Shown here: piece by piece, positions 63,393-64,000 of the stretch
How positions within the stretch are numbered: the stretch's first letter is position 1
Layout of the letters: each line of letters opens with the position of its first letter
DNA from: Vicugna vicugna
Taxonomy: Eukaryota
Reading direction: 5' to 3'
Length of the DNA: 64,000 bases
Assembly: GCA_013265495.1 (NCBI GenBank)
Contig: MU061579.1
Coordinates: forward strand, 6,548,124 to 6,612,123
Position numbers and translations under genes: made by a program
The notes under the pieces: generated by a model
The model's input: only the letters and a program-made list of their open reading frames with translations
Told to the model about the DNA's origin: nothing
Databases searched by the model: none

Positions 63393-64000
63393 TGTTTCTA
63401 TCATACAAACTCTATGCCTAAAATAATGAATGGATGTTTTTATATATCAAATCTACTCTTCAGATGTAAAATAATTATGACCAAATACTATAAATACTAA
63501 CTAGAAATGTGTGTGTGGAGAGAAATATAATAAGTGAACATTTAGGCCTGGATTTTAGGGACTTCAAGCCTCCATTTACTGAGTATGAAATTTATGCTGT
63601 AGTCATTCAGAGCAGGTGTAAATTATTTCAGGTACTATGTCTTTCAAATGTTTAGTAATTTGAAGATTTCATTTAGAAGTGAAAATAGTCTACCCTGGGA
63701 AGAAGGAAGCACATGACAAAGTAATTATTATGTAATTAACCCCTCTAGGGTCCCCAATTCATTTCAAAGGAATATTTTTAATATCACACTAAAGAATAAG
63801 CACAGCTTCACAAATTTAAAAATATGTGAAGTACCAATTAGATGGGATAGATGCTCTGCCACTGAGCAGTACATTTGTTTGTGGAACAGGTAAGATGCTC
63901 TCAGCATTCGAAGCTTCATTTTAAAGACCAAGGCTGAGAGTCTCCTTAACTCATAAATAACACCTCACAATTATCCTTAAACTGGGCATGTATGAATGAA

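Noticed and set aside
1..64000. Protein-coding gene among the listed ORFs
   Set aside because: All ORFs are short (<140 aa). The recognisable ones are L1 remnants or simple-repeat translations, and I could not build a consistent exon chain or recognise a host protein.
1..64000. CRISPR array, operon or other prokaryotic system
   Set aside because: The sequence is mammalian repeat-rich DNA with no regularly spaced short direct repeats and no gene-dense organisation.

Overview
AT-rich, CpG-poor mammalian DNA, most likely a camelid (alpaca/camel), judged from a vic-1-type tRNA-derived SINE and cetartiodactyl-type L1 3' ends. I see no protein-coding exon, RNA gene, CpG island or CRISPR array. The recognisable ORFs in the track are decayed L1 ORF1/ORF2 pieces; the rest look like chance ORFs in repeats or unique DNA. 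The window is intergenic or deep intronic and layered with fossil transposons: one near-full-length dead L1 (~10.2-16.9 kb), several truncated L1s, many L2 and MIR, MaLR/ERV1 solo LTRs, and MER2/5/20/58/102 DNA transposons. Family names come from recalled consensus motifs, not a database run, and most boundaries are approximate. I found no convincing novel biological system. The best observations are an L1-mediated 3' transduction carrying 334 bp of foreign sequence (52134-52619), a ~43-bp patchwork templated insertion inside an L1 (46127-46169), and a ~235-bp tandem monomer array in the 5' UTR of the long L1.
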